Below, piece after piece: positions 42,534-51,007 of a DNA stretch of 64,000 nucleotides. Each line of letters begins with the position of its first letter. Within the stretch, counting starts at the first letter, position 1. Position numbers and translations under genes: made by a program. The stretch comes from Limisphaerales bacterium (GTDB taxonomy: Bacteria; Verrucomicrobiota; Verrucomicrobiia; Limisphaerales; JAJOIW01). Location of the stretch: contig CBFHOE010000005.1 of the NCBI GenBank assembly GCA_965657355.1, forward strand, positions 1 through 64,000, given 5' to 3'. The notes under the pieces were generated by a model. The model did not search any database. It saw nothing but the letters and a program-made list of their open reading frames with translations, and had not been told where the DNA came from.

Positions 42534-44441
42534 TTATTCACTAATAGTAACTGGTGATCTATCTCGGTTGATCAGCATTTCTCTGGCAAGTGAGTGGTTT
42601 AATGTTCCCGAATCGTCAACAAGAACATTCGATCCCTCTGGTATGTCATTATTAAAAGTAATCTCCCAAATAGCTGCCGCTTGAGTGACTGCTTGCTGGA
42701 GGGATTCTTTATCACCGAGAAAATCAAATGCAAAATCTTCAAAACCAGTCTGAGTAGAAAGCGCTTTGTGGGTAATAAATCTAACAACACCGTATGTGTC
42801 TTTTAGATTTAGAGCAAGGAATGGAGCCAACCAACCACTTCCTGAAATCTTTTTCGCAGGTTGCCACCCCATATGCCATGCTGTGATGGCGCGTCTTTTT
42901 GCGTCACCATGCAGGATCCATCTTACAGCAGCTGAGACATCCTTGTATTGATGATCAAAACTTGTTTTTTCTAAGCCATAGTTTTCCGAGAGCTTTTGGA
43001 GGGTCCAATTAGAAGATTTGTCCAGGTGGCATAAATTGCATGCGTTTGGCACATCGTGTTTAGCTATGGACTTAATATTCGGGGATTGGATTTGGTGACT
43101 GCTGATTGCTCCAAACAAAGCGTAGGAATTCCGAGGCATGTGACAATTGACACAGCGACTACCTTCAGAAGTCGTTTCGTGTTTTGTGTGTTGAACAAGG
43201 CTGGTTGTAAACTCTGGTTCAGAATGACATTGGGTGCACATACTGTCACCGGTGATGTCCAAACGCATTTGGTCTACCTTGGTTCCACTATGCATAGTGT
43301 GACATGACATGCACGACATTTCCCCTTTGGTATAACAACCAGAAACGGACATAGCGGTATACTCTCTTCCACCAGCTAAAATCGATCCATCTTCCCACCA
43401 TCGTTCATCAAAGAATTTTTCGTTACTAATAAATTCTTCATGAGTTTTATCCAGCCCGACAGTCTCTGGGTGGAAAATATATTTCCTATAGTCAGCTAAC
43501 TTTTTTCCTGGCCGATATTGGATACCGTCGTATTTGAAGACGCCGGCATTTTTATTATTATCAATATAGACACCGTGGCATTGACCACAGACCTCACTGG
43601 ATCTTTTATGGTCAAGTTTTACAGGATTCACTATCTCTTTGCTCTTGTTACTTGAGGCATGATCAGCATATCTGTTGATGGGGTTGGAGTAGAAATTGAT
43701 GTGGTCTTCTGCTGGTCCATGGCATGCCTCACAGGAAATTCCAAACTCACCGACTTCAGAAACAAGTTCCCCTGCTCTTGTTGTTCCTGGTTTTTGCAGG
43801 CCAGGATTGCCTCCCGTACTATGGCATCGAATGCAGTGGTGATTCCATTGGGTTATAAACTGATGTTCATCACCTGGGGCCCTCATGAAGGCTTCTTCTC
43901 GTGGGATCCATTTTTTTTCATGCATCAGATAGACCAAAGGAAGTGTCTGCATCAGGGTGTCGTATCTTGGGCTTTCGACCCAATAGGTCTGATAATGATG
44001 GGAACCAGTGGCTAATACGACTTGTCTATCCACCATTGGAACCTGCGATTTATTGAGTTTCATCTTCTTCCCATACATCGCCATTACAATATCAGGGTCA
44101 GGCATTTTAACTCTGAATTGACTGTTGGATGTGTAAACGGAATAGGGCATTCCATGAGAATAAATTGTGCTGCCATCAAAGTTTCCATATATGTTCCCCG
44201 GCTGTGCTGCCTGAGTCATGGATCTATGAAATGAGTCGTGCCAGCTGGCATATTCATTGGGATGGCATGATTTGCAGGAATCTGAGGAAATATACCCGTT
44301 ATCTCGCCCGACTTTAGGGATGTGATTCATAAGTTCCTCCTGCTCATAAAATTCGGAGAGGTTTCGATCCCATTGGATGTAACTTCCATAACCAACCATC
44401 AGGACGAGAATGGAAATTGGAATAAGGAACTTGATACTCAT
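42534..44441 (-). CDS. Membrane-anchored multiheme (8 CxxCH) cytochrome c; start likely 44441
   Basis: CKSCH, CIRCH, CEACH, CGQCH, CMSCH, CTQCH, CVNCH, CNLCH, with an N-terminal TM after MSIKF. The ORF-track start (44573) lies inside a terminator hairpin, and a TATAAT at 44461-44466 precedes 44441. Confidence 0.88.
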   Translation of the reverse strand: MSIKFLIPISILVLMVGYGSYIQWDRNLSEFYEQEELMNHIPKVGRDNGYISSDSCKSCHPNEYASWHDSFHRSMTQAAQPGNIYGNFDGSTIYSHGMPYSVYTSNSQFRVKMPDPDIVMAMYGKKMKLNKSQVPMVDRQVVLATGSHHYQTYWVESPRYDTLMQTLPLVYLMHEKKWIPREEAFMRAPGDEHQFITQWNHHCIRCHSTGGNPGLQKPGTTRAGELVSEVGEFGISCEACHGPAEDHINFYSNPINRYADHASSNKSKEIVNPVKLDHKRSSEVCGQCHGVYIDNNKNAGVFKYDGIQYRPGKKLADYRKYIFHPETVGLDKTHEEFISNEKFFDERWWEDGSILAGGREYTAMSVSGCYTKGEMSCMSCHTMHSGTKVDQMRLDITGDSMCTQCHSEPEFTTSLVQHTKHETTSEGSRCVNCHMPRNSYALFGAISSHQIQSPNIKSIAKHDVPNACNLCHLDKSSNWTLQKLSENYGLEKTSFDHQYKDVSAAVRWILHGDAKRRAITAWHMGWQPAKKISGSGWLAPFLALNLKDTYGVVRFITHKALSTQTGFEDFAFDFLGDKESLQQAVTQAAAIWEITFNNDIPEGSNVLVDDSGTLNHSLAREMLINRDRSPVTISE

Positions 44442-44460
44442 AATTTGTCGAACTGTTCTA

Positions 44461-44515
44461 ATTATACTACTTAAAACTTCGAATATGAGTCGAACCTGTG
44501 ACAGTTTCATGCAAA
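44461..44515 (-). promoter_or_regulatory. Promoter of the cytochrome-prepilin unit with a Pho-box-like element
   Basis: Minus strand TTTGCAT-GAAA-CTGTCAC (44515-44498) and a perfect TATAAT (44466-44461), with no canonical -35. Confidence 0.45.
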
Positions 44516-44545
44516 CGATGCCAGCGACATAATAGCGTTCAAAAT

Positions 44546-44594
44546 AAAAAAATGGGCCATTTGATAGACACACGGAAAACTATCAAATGACCCA
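44546..44594 (-). terminator. Intrinsic terminator after the 1600-aa gene
   Basis: 15-bp stem tgggccatttgatag/ctatcaaatgaccca with one imperfect position, next to an A7 run. Confidence 0.7.
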
Positions 44595-44635
44595 CCCAGG
44601 GGCTCCCCACTCAGGGAGTCTGTTCTGTGTTAATT

Positions 44636-47600
44636 TTATTGTCTGATGACTCGGTAGAATGCTTTATCGCTATCTACAGCCTCAGTGAATGATTTATCTG
44701 TTGTTGGAGTTCCAACATTTTCCCAAGAGCCAGATGTGAGCGAAGCACGTTTCTGGACCTGGAATGTTCCATCTTCCTGGTCAGCCCAACTGATGGTGAT
44801 ATTGGTTTGGTCAGTGCTTGCAACCAAGCTTCCTGGAGGAAGTGGAGTTGAATCACCTCCACCGAGACCAATGATTGCTGATGCATCTTCTTGGGATCTG
44901 AAGACAGCGCCTTCAGTGGATCCTTTGAGGGCTACATTATCTATGGCCCACCACCAGTCATTACCAGCGTCAAACATTTCAAATGTGATTTTCACATTGC
45001 TAGCTCCCTCTGGGTTGCCCAATGGAACAATGATGTGTTCATTTGTAGAGTTATCATCCTTGAAGAATGGACCATCACAAGATGTCCACAACAAGATCTG
45101 ACGACGCTCACCTCCATCGAATGAGACCCAAATACGTGCAGATTGTCGATAGTTACCATCACACTCTGGACGCCATGAAGAATCAAACTCAAGGACCATT
45201 CCGTTAGGAACGACATCATCACCTGAGATATCAACAGTAGGGGTATCTACAAGTGTGTTATACCAGCCGTTTTCAGCAGAAGGTGCGTGAGATGTATCAT
45301 CCCATTCGTCAGGGTCAGCGACGAGAACGACTCCTCCAGCATTGGTGAATTCAGTACGGCGCTGCCCGTCAGCAGCCTGCCAGAATTCTATGTCTGCAAA
45401 TGTCCAACCGGCCCATTCAGATACGCCGTCGGCATCTCCGAAGCCATCACCATCGGCGTCTGGCGAGTCAAAACCAGGAACACCGGAAGCATCAACTGGC
45501 CATCCTGGGAATTCACGAGTCCAGCCACCGATTTCTTCACTGATGTTTTCATCAACTGCAGGCATGGTTTCTGCTCCGTCGAAATCTTCGAAAAAGATTT
45601 CGTTGAGACCATCTGGAGATCCAGCGGAAAGGCCATTGAATACCCAGGCCTCTTCAACGTCTGCATAATTGATCCGGATCGAATGCCAGGATTCTGGAAC
45701 AATGAAGTCGGATATCTCGATAGTGACCAAAAAGCGGCCGCCTTGAAGATTTTCGATATTTAGCTTGGAGTTAGGTACTCCCTCACCATTGAGTTCAACG
45801 CTGATGCTTTCTGGATCTATTTCCTCGCCACCTTGATTGAGGAGAACGCCGATCAGGCCATCAGAGATGTAACTTGGATCGATTGGAGTAGGCAATGCAG
45901 CTTCAACGAATGGCTCAAATGCAGTATCAGCATTTTGATAAACCATAATAGCGTCATCATTGCCTGGCGCGTTGACGAGGACTCGCTCTCCAGTTGGAGT
46001 GACGGAATAGAATTCTATTCCGATAGAATCGGCGAATGAGCCACCCTGAAAATAAACAATTCTGATTGGGTAGACACCAGCTTGCTCGACAAAAACACCA
46101 AACTGCTCTTCGTGATAACCGGGTGTTGCTGGAGTTGATAGCCATTCGAATGACTGGAAGAGAGATGCTGGATTCGAACTAGATTCGTCAGCTCCTCCAA
46201 TAGTGATTCTTGCACCACCGGCAACATTTAAACCGAAGCGAGTGTATCCTTCTGGCAATTCAATGAATCCAGAGAGTTCAACGGCTGTGGTCGTGAGGTC
46301 AAGAGACTCACCTGTCCAACCTGGTAGTTCGATGAAATTATCAAAATCTTCAAAGAATCCACCAAGACTCACAATAGGTTGTTCGATGTCAACGCGTGGG
46401 ACACTGTCGATAACTTGATCAGCAGTATTCCATTCGAGATTATCGTAATTCTCATTGAATGTGAGTAGCCCAGCAAGCTGAGTTTCTGCACGCCCAATGG
46501 TGTTTGGGAATTGCATCAGTAATTCTGGATTAATGCCAACATCCTCGACAAGGCCGACTTCGCTGATCGCAAAATTGAACCCAGGATCAGAAGGATTCGA
46601 GACCGGGAATCCAACTTTCGGGTAATTCTCAACCATGTAATCAAGAGCGAGTGTTTTAGTGGTCTTGTTATCTCCTGAGCCATAAGAATACTCGAGGGTA
46701 GCGTTAACATTTTCACCAGGAGCAAACAGTTCTGATGGCGCCCATGTGATAGAGTATAACCCGGTCTCGTCGTCTTTAGTGATAGTAGGTTCGACTGCGC
46801 CAATTCCTTCTATGTTAAGAACGAAATCGTCTGGATTCAGAGACACAGCACCACCATCTCCGATTTGGAAAGCAAGGGCTCCATTTGGAGCAACGCCAGT
46901 GCTTCCTGCCACTGGAGATGAAGGAAGAACTGGAGGAAGAATATCCAGAGGATTATCAGGCCTCCATGCCTTGATTGCTTCAGGATGATCAGAGTTGATA
47001 AGGATTCTTTCGCCTCCAGATCCGACGTGCCACCACTCGAGGTTAGCGCCACCGCCACCTTCATACCAAATGAATCTGAATGGATAGAGTCCAGCTTCAG
47101 GAATCAGGATACTGAATGCAGTTGTTGCAGCACCTCGACCGCCTTCAAATTCTCCAGCAATCGGAGCATCAGGAGCACGGAAATTCGGGCCTGTAGTAAG
47201 CTTGAATCCATCATCTGAGTTGAAACCCATTTGAAAGTATCCGGGTCCTTCGAATTCAAGGAATGTGATACCCTCCATGGCAATACCATTATTTGTTGAA
47301 CCGACACCGGGAATAGGGCCGTTTTCTCCGACTTCACCAACACCAGTTGGAGCTTCAGGAGTTGCATCCTGGTCATAATTAATTACGTCTTCTTCTATAA
47401 TGTAGGTCTGCTGATCGCCGTATATGACAAAATCTTCATTTTCATAATCATATAAGAAAGGTTCTGCCAAGTTTTCAGCAGGCTCTCCATTTGGACGGAA
47501 CTGACCTCTGTTGAAGAGTTGATTTTCCGCGCGAGCGTGGTTGTTAGAAGTATTTATTTCGGTATTGATTTTGGTGAGAAGGAGGAACCCACGATTGTCT

Positions 47601-49333
47601 TTGTCGATATCAAATCTTTCAGGAACGTGTGGATCATCCACGGTGAAGGTCAATGTGCCTCCACCTGGAGTTCCAGAAAGGTCATCGAATCCGAGAACGA
47701 CGGATACCACTTCACCAAATGGGAAACTACTTTCCGGGTCGTGTGTGACAACAAGCTGTCCATCATCATTTGTTTCAGAGGTGATAGCTAGCTCAGTGTC
47801 GGGATCGCCTGCAGGTGAAAGGGAAAGAGTTTCTACATTAACACCTACAGTCCCTGGATCGATTACGAAGGCGATAGAAGTTGATGGATCAACACCAGAA
47901 TCTTCATCTCCAGGAATTGTATCAGCAATGGATGGGGGAACTTCATCGAGACCAAATAACGCCAGGTTATCGATCGCGAACCACCAGTTATTTCCGACAT
48001 TGATATAACCGAACTTGTAGCGCACAGTTTCAGCACCTGCCGGGAGAGCGGTCTTGAGGGCAATGGACTCGTAATTTTTGTCCGAAGGAGTATTCGCTCT
48101 GGTCCAAAGAAGAATTTCTGTCCATGTCTCACCCTTATCAAAAGAAACTTCGACATTTCCAGATTCCTGGCTACCATCAGCTGCATAAGAAGTATCAGCA
48201 GTTAGAACAATGGCAGCAGTTCCAAGTTCTGAGATGTCTATATCTGGGGTGGAGACATATGTTGTCTGATTTCCTTCAGCGCGTGGGGAGATATCGTCCC
48301 ACTCATCACCGTCAGCGATAAGAGCTGTTCCAGATCCAGCGGTGAATTGGGAACGTCCCTGGTCACCAGCTGTTTCGACCCACCAGTCTTTGTCAGCGAA
48401 ACTCCAACCAGCCCACTCAGTAACACCATCATTATCAGGGTCACCGGCTCCGGGAACGCCGGAGTCATCAATGGTCCAGCCTTCGGGGCCTGTTTTGCTC
48501 CAGACTTCTTCGCCTGAAACGCCTTCGTCAACGTTAGGACCAAGCTCGACGCTTTCAAAGTCTTCAGTCCAGAACGATTTGGATCCATGAACGAGAATAT
48601 TATCGATCGCAAACCACCAGTTATTTCCGACATTGATGTATCCGAATCGGAATTTTGCACTTGCTGCGTCTGCCGGTGTGTCAGTTACTCGAAGAGCAAC
48701 GCTTTCATAATTCTTATCTTGAGGAGTGTTGGCCCGGTTCCAAAGAAGGATTTGATTCCAGGTAGCCCCATCGTCGTATGAGACATCAACAGTTCCTGAT
48801 TCCTGACCTCCATCAGCAGCGTAAGAGCTGTCGAAAGTCAAAACAAGAGAACCTGGTAGAACACCAGTTATGTCAATAGCGGGGGTTGAGATATAAGTAG
48901 TTTGATTTCCTTCAGCGCGTGGGGAGATATCGTCCCACTCATCACCGTCGGCGATAAGAGCTGTTCCAGATCCAGCGGTGAATTGGGAACGTCCCTGGTC
49001 ACCGGCTGTTTCAACCCACCAGTCTATACTGGCGAAACTCCAACCAGCCCACTCAGTAACACCGTCATTATCAGGGTCACCGGCTCCGGGAACACCGGAG
49101 TCATCAATGGCCCAGCCTTCGGGGCCTGTTTTGCTCCAGACTTCTTCGCCTGAAACGCCTTCGTCGACACTGGCACCCAGTTCGACGCCTTCGAAATCTT
49201 CACTGAAGATCGTTGTGGAAAAATTGGAAGCTGTATCTTGAGCACTCGAAGGAGGTGCTGCAAAATTAGCCCCAATCGCTATGATTAGCCAAAGGAATAT
49301 CCCAGGGCCACTTGAGGTTAGAAGTTTATTCAT
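44636..49333 (-). CDS. Giant secreted protein: three copies of the ~212-aa Trp/Asp-rich domain + Ig-like + two PA14-like domains + C-terminal beta domain (start likely 49333; ORF track 49438)
   Basis: Signal peptide after MNKLL, two N-terminal and one C-terminal EDF...EWAGW.FA...DEWDD...W.AIDN repeats, PA14-like NSDDGFKL...GLYPFRFIWYEGGGGANLEW, terminal FYRVIRQ. Confidence 0.85.
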   Translation of the reverse strand: MNKLLTSSGPGIFLWLIIAIGANFAAPPSSAQDTASNFSTTIFSEDFEGVELGASVDEGVSGEEVWSKTGPEGWAIDDSGVPGAGDPDNDGVTEWAGWSFASIDWWVETAGDQGRSQFTAGSGTALIADGDEWDDISPRAEGNQTTYISTPAIDITGVLPGSLVLTFDSSYAADGGQESGTVDVSYDDGATWNQILLWNRANTPQDKNYESVALRVTDTPADAASAKFRFGYINVGNNWWFAIDNILVHGSKSFWTEDFESVELGPNVDEGVSGEEVWSKTGPEGWTIDDSGVPGAGDPDNDGVTEWAGWSFADKDWWVETAGDQGRSQFTAGSGTALIADGDEWDDISPRAEGNQTTYVSTPDIDISELGTAAIVLTADTSYAADGSQESGNVEVSFDKGETWTEILLWTRANTPSDKNYESIALKTALPAGAETVRYKFGYINVGNNWWFAIDNLALFGLDEVPPSIADTIPGDEDSGVDPSTSIAFVIDPGTVGVNVETLSLSPAGDPDTELAITSETNDDGQLVVTHDPESSFPFGEVVSVVLGFDDLSGTPGGGTLTFTVDDPHVPERFDIDKDNRGFLLLTKINTEINTSNNHARAENQLFNRGQFRPNGEPAENLAEPFLYDYENEDFVIYGDQQTYIIEEDVINYDQDATPEAPTGVGEVGENGPIPGVGSTNNGIAMEGITFLEFEGPGYFQMGFNSDDGFKLTTGPNFRAPDAPIAGEFEGGRGAATTAFSILIPEAGLYPFRFIWYEGGGGANLEWWHVGSGGERILINSDHPEAIKAWRPDNPLDILPPVLPSSPVAGSTGVAPNGALAFQIGDGGAVSLNPDDFVLNIEGIGAVEPTITKDDETGLYSITWAPSELFAPGENVNATLEYSYGSGDNKTTKTLALDYMVENYPKVGFPVSNPSDPGFNFAISEVGLVEDVGINPELLMQFPNTIGRAETQLAGLLTFNENYDNLEWNTADQVIDSVPRVDIEQPIVSLGGFFEDFDNFIELPGWTGESLDLTTTAVELSGFIELPEGYTRFGLNVAGGARITIGGADESSSNPASLFQSFEWLSTPATPGYHEEQFGVFVEQAGVYPIRIVYFQGGSFADSIGIEFYSVTPTGERVLVNAPGNDDAIMVYQNADTAFEPFVEAALPTPIDPSYISDGLIGVLLNQGGEEIDPESISVELNGEGVPNSKLNIENLQGGRFLVTIEISDFIVPESWHSIRINYADVEEAWVFNGLSAGSPDGLNEIFFEDFDGAETMPAVDENISEEIGGWTREFPGWPVDASGVPGFDSPDADGDGFGDADGVSEWAGWTFADIEFWQAADGQRRTEFTNAGGVVLVADPDEWDDTSHAPSAENGWYNTLVDTPTVDISGDDVVPNGMVLEFDSSWRPECDGNYRQSARIWVSFDGGERRQILLWTSCDGPFFKDDNSTNEHIIVPLGNPEGASNVKITFEMFDAGNDWWWAIDNVALKGSTEGAVFRSQEDASAIIGLGGGDSTPLPPGSLVASTDQTNITISWADQEDGTFQVQKRASLTSGSWENVGTPTTDKSFTEAVDSDKAFYRVIRQ
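48267..49165. repeat. Near-identical intragenic direct repeat (48267-48529 vs 48903-49165, offset 636 nt)
   Basis: About 11 mismatches over ~263 nt by manual comparison. Confidence 0.9.
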
Positions 49334-49538
49334 ATAGTTTTTTGGGTTGTAATTAGGAATTTCTAAATTCAACAACTCAAGATGCCGGTATTTGATCGTC
49401 AAATTTATTGGGATTTTGTTACGAGTGTGAAAACACATCCTCGCTACCGATTGAACCAGGGAAATGGTTAAAATGAGTTAAAATGAAAAAAAATTTTATG
49501 TAAAAGGAGTTATTTAACGGCCAGGGGAGGCGCGCAAT

Positions 49539-49560
49539 AAGACAAAATGATGACAAATGT
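49539..49560 (-). promoter_or_regulatory. Pho-box-like tandem repeat upstream of the 1600-aa gene
   Basis: Minus strand TTGTCAT-CATT-TTGTCTT with 11-nt period. Confidence 0.4.
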
Positions 49561-49611
49561 AATAAATTTGAAAATAAAAAAACCAATTTGCTATTTTTCT
49601 GGCAACGACAT

Positions 49612-49637
49612 AAAAAACCCGGATTACATCCGGGTTT
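49612..49637 (-). terminator. Intrinsic terminator after the prepilin/lipoprotein pair
   Basis: aaacccggat-tac-atccgggttt preceded by an A-run. Confidence 0.7.
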
Positions 49638-49667
49638 GGCGACAAATAAAATCCATGAGCTGTGGGT

Positions 49668-50042
49668 CTATTTATAAAGCATGATATTCTTTTTAAGTCG
49701 TTTTGCGGCTTCGTCACCTTTAGCAGCCTGGTCGTCCAGTAGATTAGATATAGTCAGACTGGCCCGGGATGCTAGTATCCTAGACTTTTCGTCTAAGTCC
49801 GAACGGAATAAGACCTTATCTAATGCCTGGAAGGCGCCAATATAATTCTTATCTTGGTAGAACTTGATAACCTCATCAACCATGGGCTTTATTTCTGCAT
49901 CTGCGTCCGCAAATTGAGTTTGCAATTCACTGACAAGATTAGATGGATCTAATGGCTCGGGAGGGGGGGCATCCGTTTTGCCACAGCTAATGACGAATAC
50001 CAATGAGAGTATCAAGGTGAAGGTTGAGGTTAAATTCTTCAT
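49668..50042 (-). CDS. Small helical lipoprotein following a prepilin-like gene
   Basis: MKN + hydrophobic stretch + VISC lipobox-like site, Pro-rich linker, helical-looking body. Confidence 0.75.
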   Translation of the reverse strand: MKNLTSTFTLILSLVFVISCGKTDAPPPEPLDPSNLVSELQTQFADADAEIKPMVDEVIKFYQDKNYIGAFQALDKVLFRSDLDEKSRILASRASLTISNLLDDQAAKGDEAAKRLKKNIMLYK

Positions 50043-50077
50043 TTAATTGTAGACAGTTGATTTAGGTAAAGAGGTCC

Positions 50078-50908
50078 CTACCTTTCAGACGCGCGAAGGC
50101 CTCGGAATAGTTTATAACTGATTCCCTTGTCCCAACCGGAGAATTTGTAGGTTTCCGCATGACCGTCAACCATTAAGGAAACATTGTTATTATTGTGGCG
50201 ATACCACTCGTTCTCCATTTTGTAAGGAGCATAAAGTCCAGCGAGGCTGAATCTCCACTGCTCCAAAATGCTACTGCGTCCCGGAAAAAGCCCAATACTA
50301 TCTGATGGCCCTTCCATTTTTTGTTCAGCTGCGTCCTGGAAGAAAATTGTTTGGGCGGGCACATTAAAATTAGCCAACGCGGGAGACCGTTCCTGTGTCC
50401 CCCGATTAGGGCCAGTCGCCTTCCATGAAAGTTGACCATTTAAGCCATAAGAAGAATCTAACCAAAAATCAGCCGACCATCTCAGACCAGTTTCTCGCCA
50501 CTCATCGACTCTTTTAGCGGCAGGACAACGAAAGATTACTCTTTGTTTGCCTAAATATTGGAAATAAGCAACACCCCAGTAAGCACGATTATGTTCTGGA
50601 GGAAGGATAGCCCTGCTTTTTGGATTGATAAACCATTGCCCGTGATTTGGGAATGAGATATTTCCTCCGGAATCGAAGTGGTGAAACCGATCATTGTTAT
50701 CACTGGCATACTGCAAGGCGCCAAGATAAATTTGCCTCGAATTATTCATGCACTTGGCTTTTTTTGCAGATCCTTTGGCTCTGGTGAGCGCAGGCAACAG
50801 CATACTCGCCAATATTGCTATGATAGCAATCACCACAAGAAGCTCGATAAGGGTGAATGCTCCGAGTGCTCGATTTTTTGGGTTGTAATTATTGAAAGAA
50901 ATATTCAT
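50078..50908 (-). CDS. Prepilin-type N-terminal cleavage/methylation protein with H-X9-DG motif
   Basis: [55 protein letters not shown] (H-X9-DG). Confidence 0.9.
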   Translation of the reverse strand: MNISFNNYNPKNRALGAFTLIELLVVIAIIAILASMLLPALTRAKGSAKKAKCMNNSRQIYLGALQYASDNNDRFHHFDSGGNISFPNHGQWFINPKSRAILPPEHNRAYWGVAYFQYLGKQRVIFRCPAAKRVDEWRETGLRWSADFWLDSSYGLNGQLSWKATGPNRGTQERSPALANFNVPAQTIFFQDAAEQKMEGPSDSIGLFPGRSSILEQWRFSLAGLYAPYKMENEWYRHNNNNVSLMVDGHAETYKFSGWDKGISYKLFRGLRASER

Positions 50909-50930
50909 CCAACCGATTTATCTACTAGTA

Positions 50931-50963
50931 GTTCGTTACTCGAAAATTACAGTTATGTGAAAA
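50931..50963 (-). promoter_or_regulatory. Pho-box-like triple repeat upstream of the prepilin gene at 50908
   Basis: Minus strand TTTTCAC-ATAA-CTGTAAT-TTTC-GAGTAAC with 11-nt period. The spacer and second unit match the PhoB consensus A(A/T)A(T/A)CTGT(C/A)A(C/T). Confidence 0.45.
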
Positions 50964-51007
50964 TTTAAATGCAAAAAGAAAATAAATAGAGTGATTTTTT
51001 TCAATTA

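Noticed and set aside
44442..44573. N-terminal extension of the cytochrome ORF (similarly 49334-49438, 51608-51742, 51757-51810, 7962-8003)
   Set aside because: These extensions overlap terminator or promoter elements, or precede a clear signal peptide or conserved N-terminus, so downstream ATGs fit better.
48267..49165. Near-identical repeat pair as a possible DGR template/variable region
   Set aside because: The differences are not adenine-specific on one copy and are largely synonymous. Both copies lie in the same reading frame, and there is no reverse transcriptase in the window.
36193..49275. Recurring short ORFs such as MN(W/V)ERPWSPAVS.HQS.. and PAHSVTPSLSGS..
   Set aside because: These are antisense or alternate-frame shadows of the repeated domain and recur at the same offsets as the repeats.
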